DNA from: Zancudomyces culisetae HAW-14-8
Taxonomy: Eukaryota; Fungi; Kickxellomycota
NCBI GenBank assembly: GCA_052426225.1
Contig: JBNJNM010000006.1
Coordinates: 744,001-808,000, forward strand
Reading direction: 5' to 3'
DNA length: 64,000 bases
The position numbers were made by a program, and so were the translations under genes. Below the pieces are notes generated by a model, which worked only from the letters and a program-made list of their open reading frames with translations, was not told where the DNA came from and did not search any database. Shown here piece by piece: positions 44,701 through 52,598 of the stretch; within the stretch, counting starts at the first letter, position 1, and each line of letters begins with the position of its first letter.

Positions 44701-44977
44701 CATCTAATTCATCTTCTTCCTCTTGCTCCTTCGAATCGTCTATTTCCTTGATTATATATAGTGCCGGTGTCTGGGGATCCCTGATAAACTGCTGACACTT
44801 GTCCTGTGACTCTGGCAATTCGAGCAGCGAAAGGATGCTGTCATCACCGTTGTCGCCACCCAGCAGTGCTGTGGTAACCGTTTCAATGTATCTTATCACA
44901 GGCTTTATGTCGCAAAGCGTAATGGGATCCAGCTCTCCTAGCTGCGTACTAGTTATTGGCGAGAAACTAGTTTCCAT
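29711..44977 (-). CDS. DYN1: Cytoplasmic dynein heavy chain 1, intronless, about 5088 aa
   Basis: Four P-loops [32 protein letters not shown]. Also [42 protein letters not shown] and a stalk with RASRACGPL. The cytoplasmic-type N-terminal tail ([14 protein letters not shown]) is present. First in-frame ATG is 44977. Confidence 0.98.
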   Translation of the reverse strand: [5088 protein letters not shown]

Positions 44978-45826
44978 TTTCAAGTATGTACTTTTGCTTA
45001 TTTTCTGCCTTTTTCTCACTTTGACTATTCACAAGTTTTCCAGAGTATCTATTATTTCTTTATTCCTCTTTTTTTTCGATTCTTATCTTTTTCCTGATCA
45101 GGAATTCTCTTCAATGTATACTTGAAAAATATAAATATACACCCTTATTTCAAAATACCAGATTTATTGTCAATTTTCTTTTTTTTATTTTGTTTAAGTT
45201 TACGAATTGTTTATTTATAATTGGAATATAAATAGTGCAAAAAATGCTGCTTTACAAAAAAATCACTAAAGAAAACTTACAAAGCATCGTTACCCAAGTT
45301 TTAGTAAATTAGTGGTTATTCCGTTTATTTTGGCCTATACTTTTGCTCCATTTTATTTTCTACGATACTTGGAATTTGTTTACAATATGTACTTGGACAT
45401 TAATTTATTTATTTATTTTTCAATCTCCATTATTCACAAACTTCAACTCTAATTCTGCATATTTAATTTCTTCAAAATTAAACCTTTGTTCAAAGACTTC
45501 ACAAAATATTTCAGTTTTATTGATACTCGATAACATGGCATGACATGAAATGACATGAAATGAAATGGTCTTACCTACAGTTAACATATTCCTCAATATC
45601 GTTTAGTTGAACCAAACTTGTCGGTTCAGAAAACCCAGCACAAACTCACCGTCACCATTATCATCAATAGCTTTTTTCCATCTAAATATCTATTTTTAGT
45701 TGCTCTAAAAATGAGTATTCAGTTATTCTAGCCATCTGTAAAGGATCTTTTATATATTTATATTTTAACAAATAACATGAACTACTAAAACTACATATTA
45801 ATTCAAAAAAAAAGATCATTTATAAT

Positions 45827-47878
45827 TCAATAATATTTTATCATGTATGCAAATGTATTGTAAAACACCCCATCCAACACCTCTGTCAGTGCATCATCAA
45901 ACATATCAACCAAAATGTTTTTTTCATCTATCAAACTACCCAACTTTTGAACTCCACTCCTTGAAATATTTACACACAAAAAACTGCTGTATGGAATGTA
46001 CTTTTCATAAAACGCTATAAACTCTGGCTGCAAGGGTTGTGGTACACTGTTTATTTTTGTAGTTGATGTCCCACCCGCTCCCTCCAACTCATTTATTTTG
46101 CCTAGTTTATCCGTCAAATATAGACTACTAATAGCTGCAGATATTTTTGCGGGTAGGTGGTTTACATATTTTCCCTCAATTAGCTCGGCTGTGCTAATTG
46201 GGCTGAAAAGTACCAGCGAGTTGGAATCTCTAGTTGATGTTGAATAATATTTTCTTACTCCATCCGCTTTGACAAGCTGCGATTTCCGCTTATAATCATT
46301 TGTAGATTTGCTTCTTTGAACATTATTCGTCGTATCGCCTGATATGTCAATAGATATAAACGGCTCGGCCTCGATGGTTATCTCTGAAGTCCCAGAATGT
46401 CTCAGTTCACTTTTTCCTGTCTTTTTTTCTGAATCTGTTTGGTCCCAACCATACTGAGCCTCACTGAGTACATTGGAGCTGCTATCCACATTTTCTTTGA
46501 ACTTAGTCTCTGCATTTTCTACATTTTCTTCCAACTCCGTCTCTGCATTTTCCACATTTTCTGTATTTTCAGCCTCGTCGACTACTAGTGTGTTTGTTTT
46601 CGAGACAGTCTTTTCTTGCTTTAATTGCAGCTTTCTATCTTTTATCATTTTCTTTCCATTCAAAAAGATCCTTTTCAGTGACTTTTTTCCTCTCTCTTTA
46701 CCGTTTCCCGTATTATATAACAAGTATGAACATATTTTGTATTTCAATAATTGGTAGTCCCTCAAAAACTCGCTATACTCGATGTTGAATGTCATACTGC
46801 ATGCATTGGATAGCTGTTCAAACTTTACCGGATCCTTCAGTACGCTTAAAAACTCACTCTTCAATTCCGATAATCTTTTCTCCTCTTTTTTGAGTTTGTC
46901 CACAGGGTTTGGAAATAGTGGTTTTGTCAACAAATAATAGTATATTAACAAGGCAGTTGGCAAAAGAAATATGTTTCCAGTGAAATAGGATTCCACATAA
47001 TCGAGTAAAAGACCGTTCACAAAAAAGACAACAACAAGCGACAGATCCAGTGATCCAAACAGTATAATCAACTCCTGTTGAATACCATAGCACTCCATAA
47101 CATCAATGCTCATGATTATGAGATATATCGAAACAACCATGTACACTCCCAGACAGAAATACAGAGGAATAAACTCATGTGCTAACTGCGCTCCACAACT
47201 GTAGCTCACAGGAAGCACACAATATTCACCCCTGAGTGAAAACACACTTGCAATTACAATACACACTATTAGCATAGCGAGAAATGCAGTCTTGTACACT
47301 GTCACACCCACCTTATCTATTACTTTGTTGTTGAGTAAATATCGAAAATAGTTTTCGTTTTGGTAGACCTTTTCATTAATATCAGAAACCTCCGTATTTA
47401 AAAGATACCGAATGTAAAATCGAATGTCGTATCTATCCCGTAAATTGTGGTCGAGAAGTAGAGGGTTGATTAGTTCCTTGTCGTTGATATCGAGTGTACC
47501 CGCTATATTCCTCTGGTACATTGTCTTTTTGCCAAAGCATATAAACCGTATTCCAGTATATACAAAAGATATGCTCAGTAATATATAACATGGGTACTCT
47601 ACCCATATTCTCAAAAAACATGGATATTTTTTCTGTAGCATCTCTGAGCATATCACGTGTAGTGAAAGTATTGTCGTGCATATTAAAATAACTCTTTTGG
47701 GTGTTTTCGAAAACAGCTCTAGCTGCTTGTTAACTTTTTTCTTCTTGATATTTAACCAAAGCAGAACTGCTAACGCCACAATAAAAGTCGATAGCACTGT
47801 AAGCCAGACAATTTCAAAAACACGGAACCCCTTCTGGCCTCTATCTGCTGTTGACAGATCACTTCTTGTTAGATACAT
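45827..47878 (-). CDS. 7-transmembrane protein fused to a split RGS domain (GprK/AtRGS1-like architecture), 683 aa
   Basis: Seven hydrophobic segments in about aa 20-320. RGS N-half VLKDPVKFEQLSNACSMTFNIEYSEFLRDYQLLK and C-half FYEKYIPYSSFLCVNIS...DMFDDALTEVLDGVFYNTF are separated by about 240 charged/Ser-rich residues. Confidence 0.75.
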   Translation of the reverse strand: MYLTRSDLSTADRGQKGFRVFEIVWLTVLSTFIVALAVLLWLNIKKKKVNKQLELFSKTPKRVILICTTILSLHVICSEMLQKKYPCFLRIWVEYPCYILLSISFVYTGIRFICFGKKTMYQRNIAGTLDINDKELINPLLLDHNLRDRYDIRFYIRYLLNTEVSDINEKVYQNENYFRYLLNNKVIDKVGVTVYKTAFLAMLIVCIVIASVFSLRGEYCVLPVSYSCGAQLAHEFIPLYFCLGVYMVVSIYLIIMSIDVMECYGIQQELIILFGSLDLSLVVVFFVNGLLLDYVESYFTGNIFLLPTALLIYYYLLTKPLFPNPVDKLKKEEKRLSELKSEFLSVLKDPVKFEQLSNACSMTFNIEYSEFLRDYQLLKYKICSYLLYNTGNGKERGKKSLKRIFLNGKKMIKDRKLQLKQEKTVSKTNTLVVDEAENTENVENAETELEENVENAETKFKENVDSSSNVLSEAQYGWDQTDSEKKTGKSELRHSGTSEITIEAEPFISIDISGDTTNNVQRSKSTNDYKRKSQLVKADGVRKYYSTSTRDSNSLVLFSPISTAELIEGKYVNHLPAKISAAISSLYLTDKLGKINELEGAGGTSTTKINSVPQPLQPEFIAFYEKYIPYSSFLCVNISRSGVQKLGSLIDEKNILVDMFDDALTEVLDGVFYNTFAYMIKYY

Positions 47879-49458
47879 TTTCTTTATTATCTGATAGTAT
47901 ATACCCGATAATTCGTTTTGTAGAATGTCTATTTGTATTAAATTTTTTCTCGCATGATATTTGTGATACTTGCTTTGTATGGAACATCCAGTATCTATAT
48001 TATGTACTGTATTTTTCTAATCCTTTATTCTACCTTTTCATGTTTTTTTTATAAGAATATAGAACTATCAAGCTTTTAAACACTTTTTTCTTGTTATGCT
48101 TGTTTAATAAAAGATATACGAACTTTATTTTTAAAAAGTAGTTGACTTTATTATTAGCTGTAAATATACATACAATAGAACTATCAAGTAATATAAACCG
48201 AGTTAATACACAGAAAGTTTGGATAACTACTCCATCTCTGAATCTAATACCCTGATGTAAATTCTTCCAAGTTGAACCAAACCCGTCTTTAACTCGTGTT
48301 TACCACACCAACATATCTTTTGAAAGCGTACTTAGCACTATGTGTATTTTTAGAACGGTGCTATAAACCCATATTAAAAATAGAATATACAAATTACATT
48401 CCGGATGAATTTGAATGTCACAAAATACACACAGGCCTCTAACACTCGTAACATCCAAAATCTAGCTCTTTTTTTTTTACTTATGAGCTGTATATACATA
48501 GAGAGTTTGGTTGGCCAAAAAGTCGTGACATGAATATCTAGGAGTACGGATGTAAAGAGAAAGATGGTGAATATATCTACTGGGTTATCATGCTATTATA
48601 TCCATTTAGCGATTTGATGTTATTTTCATACCCAGAGACAGGTATAATGGGAACAGGACCATGCTTTACATAGCTCCATTCGCCTGTATTTTCAGAAACC
48701 GTTTAATTGTCTGGTTTATTTATAGATTTAAATTGAGATCCATTTTTATGGTTACTATCCAAGTACAACTAAAACAGGTGAACGTTTTGCCACCTACTCC
48801 TAATCCAAACTCTGCTTGCAAACTGGTATTTGGTTGGATACTAGTTCTTGGTTTACCAAACAAAGCCAGTTAAGAAGTTACAGTGGAAGATGGAAAAAAA
48901 AATACTATTAATGGTTCACAATAAGCCAGTGACCAATATTTGCACACCACTTCATGCATCGAGAGCCAATAACAATAATAGTTAACCAAAAAAAAAGAAA
49001 GCTGGTACTAATGAATTTAAGAATCCACGCAACATGATGAACCCATTATCCTGTATATCACCATATAGTTAGATGCCGAATTCGCTGCCCAAGAGAGGAG
49101 ACTGTCTTCAAGGTGTTCATGTTGTTGATGAAATACTTTTTAATGATATCAACCACACCCCATAAATATTCGCACTGACTCGAATATCACACAGGTTTTT
49201 TTTTCTGGCAGGGAGCGAGTTGTAGTTACGTTACCCAAAGAGAAATACACAACACTTTTCCCAAATATAACGATTACAAGCGGGCTTTTCAAAAGAAAAT
49301 GTTGGGAGAAAAAAAAGACAAGTGATGTCATTTTATCCTAATAGTTGGTTTTTATTGTACATGAATGACATTAAAAAAGTCAACTACAGTAACGCAAAGA
49401 AAGGCCTACAAAGCAGAAAAAAGATCTCTTCATTCAAAAAAAAAAGCCGAATAGCCAA

Positions 49459-50936
49459 TTAAACCTGAGTAAGGGGCTTTGATTGTTTTATTTTTGCAAA
49501 GGAACATTTCATGTTCTTGCCATTTAGTAGTAATCCATTGATGTTATTAATTGCGTTTGAGGCATTATAATGATTGTCCATTCTGACAAAGGCATAGCCG
49601 TGATCAATGTAAAAGTTGATTTTCATGATAGTTCCGAATTTACTGAAAAGGTCAGACAATTGGTTTTCTAAGAATTACATAGTTTTAGTGGATTAAAGAA
49701 TTGGCTTTTTATTAAAAGTGTAAATAGATAAATAAATAAATAGATAAATAGTAAACATACCTGTTACAGAAGGATCTAAGTCACCACAATACAAGGTGGA
49801 ATTTGCTACTTTTCTATTTGAAATAACAAATCAGACAAAATTAAACATTGCTCAGATGAATAAATTGTATATTTTATAATTGATTTGGTGATCAGCAAAA
49901 TACAGTGAGAAATCTTACCTAACTCCGTTGGTTTGAGCATCCTTTCCTGTTGCCCAGTTAACGCGGATTTGCTTGGAATCAACCTCTGCGCCGTTCATCT
50001 TGTTGATTGCAAATCGTGCATCTCTATATTCAGCGAATGTTACAAATCCATATCCGCGGGAGTTACCAGACTCCTTGTCAATAACTACGTGTGCGTGACT
50101 AATAATAAAAACATACAACATGTATTGGTATTAGTAGGTAAAAGAAGAATTATTTATATCACAAAGGAAAAGAAAGAAGAAGAAGTAAAGGGTATATTGA
50201 ACTGAAATAGCCAGAACCACAAATGTATGTTATATCATGTTTCACTTCCAAATACAAATACAAATTTCGGAAGCCTAACTGATAAACTCGTCATATCAGT
50301 ACTAAAAACGAGCCGGTGTTATTTCTTTCCCTTTCATTTCTCTCTTTATAAAAGGATTTTATAACGAGACAAAAATAAATAATCAAAGAATTCTTACCGC
50401 AAGCTCTTTGCAAAGCTAAACAATTGTGCCAAACCTTCGTTATCCATCTGTGGTCCCAGATTTCCAACAAATATTTTAGTAAAGGCAGGTACCCGTCTGA
50501 TGTAATTTTGGTTATTGGACTGTGCCCATTTTGTTTTAATTGGGAAATCAAGAATCTGGGTTCCGTCCATTGTACTTATAGCTGTCTCCGCATCCTCTCT
50601 ATTTGTAAATTCAACAAAGGCGTAGCATATTTCGCTGTTTGGGTCCTATTTAATACGTTATTGCAGGTCGTTTAATATTTCATTTCTCAGTACCAATTCG
50701 ATTCTGATAAAGCGCACTTGTCTTACCTTTTTATTTTGGAATATTTTCACTGATTGGACTGGGAAAGAATTGCCAAATGTCTCGGTCAACAAGGCTTCAT
50801 CAGCCTTAGTATCTAGATTTCCCACATAGATTGTTTTTGAAGCTGAGTCGTAAACAACTTCTCCGAATCCATTTTGTGAATTAGGATCGGTTTCTGGTAT
50901 GCTGTTGTTTTGAACGGTTACCTCTGAGCTCGACAT
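49459..50936 (-). CDS. PUB1: Pub1/TIA-1-like triple-RRM poly(U)-binding protein, at least 5 exons, about 299 aa
   Basis: Exons 50936-50727, 50645-50398, 50098-49919, 49813-49761, 49667-49459 join in frame (900 nt). RNP motifs TIYVGNLD/YATPLLNL, IFVGNLG/SRGYGFVTF...IRVNWA, LYCGDLD/GYAFVRM. The 3' end is uncertain and may include an extra exon. Confidence 0.8.
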
Positions 50937-52598
50937 TATTTTGTTCCCAATCTAGTTATTGTTTGTTGGAGTATAGACAGTATGAGATTATTTTATCTTT
51001 CTGCTAAAACTAAACTAAACTATACCAAACCAAACCAAACATACCAAACCAAACTGGAAAAAATTTTTATTGTCTTTTTTTTTTTCGGCAAATGATGCGG
51101 TTTCCTTCCCCATCAGAATGCCGATATTTTTGTTTTGCTTTGATCTTTCCTGAAAGTTTGGGTGGCCTGAAAAAAATTTTTTTTGCTCAAATTAAATCCA
51201 AAAAATTTTTTTTATCGATTTGCCCCTCAACTTTATTGTATTATTTCATGTTTTTAACCGTGAAAATTGAATGAAAAATTAACAGAATAAAAAAAAAAGA
51301 ACCTACTAGCTGCCACGTTTAAGGTTTGCTACACTTATGGTAAGCAAAATCCTGAATTGTGCACTTTGCCCAATCAGAGTTTTAGGGTGCACGCTAATTT
51401 ATGCTCTTTAATTTGGAAAAAAAATCAACCCAAAACAAAAACAACCTTACAATTGATTCCTGCCATCAAATGCAAAGGGCTTTTAGTAAGGGCTATTTTT
51501 TATTCTCGGAACCAAAATTGTGGTCTGTTTTTATTTTTACTTTAATTTTTCGATTTGCAAAACATGTCGCAATAAGTGTAGCTGTAAATGGTGAATATTG
51601 AAAGTCATGTTATTTAATGTGTACTGTTCTATTTTGAGCTACCAAGTGCACTTAACTTTGAAAAGAATGTAGAAGCACACTGGTGCTTTGTCACCGAAAG
51701 AAATATAACAACCAAGCCAGCATTTATCATGACCATCTTGCGTAGGTTTACAGTGCTTTGCACTTGGGTATGAATTAAACAATTTTAACTACCTGTTGTG
51801 TGTGTGTAGCTTGTGTTTACCTAAATAATTGGAAAAAATTCAACATGCAAATAATCTAATAATAAACAAAAATACTAGCTTGAGTAGTAAATGGTAGGGT
51901 ACAACCAATATTTCAATGGTGGAATAAACCAGGTTGCAATGTTGTGTGGTCACCATCGACAATTTACCTTGGTGTACCATAAAAACCCATTTTCATGTTA
52001 TATACACACTCATGTTGTGCACAATATTACAATCTAGGGTGTGTTGACATTTAACAGCAGGCGATATCGTTAATATATGACCATACATGCCCTTAAATTT
52101 CACGACCAAAGCCCTGACCAGGAACAACTTGAAAGGTCTAAGAATTCACTCAATGATGGAGTGATCAAGTAAATGCTGATGAGATAACGGCTACCAACTA
52201 ACCAGATAGTTGCGATAAATGTATACATGCTTGGCATAGTACCACAAAGGCCTTTGCGTTTTATTTTTATTATGAATACACCCCCTTTCAATACAACACT
52301 TATTTTGTAATTCTCGTTAGAGAAATCAAGATGAAATTGTACAAAGATCAAACACTCGTCAAATACCCAGAATAACACAAAGTGTACATCGAATAGAATG
52401 CATCTCATCCATTTAGGAGATTGTTATTTGTAATGCTCAAAATGACGCCATGTCCTATGAAAATGAACGCATTCGTAAAAGAGTAAATCACGTTGATTTT
52501 CAAGATCATTCTTAAACAAGCTTCCAAATTTACTGTTTTTAATAAACTCACCAAATAATACCATCTCAGCTAATAAAGAAAAGTAACAATAAACAAAG

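Noticed and set aside
51580-52560. Short open stretches between PUB1 and UBP2 (for example MTIHALKFHDQSPDQ... at 52078)
   Set aside because: Could not be assembled into a consistent spliced model and have no recognisable motif.
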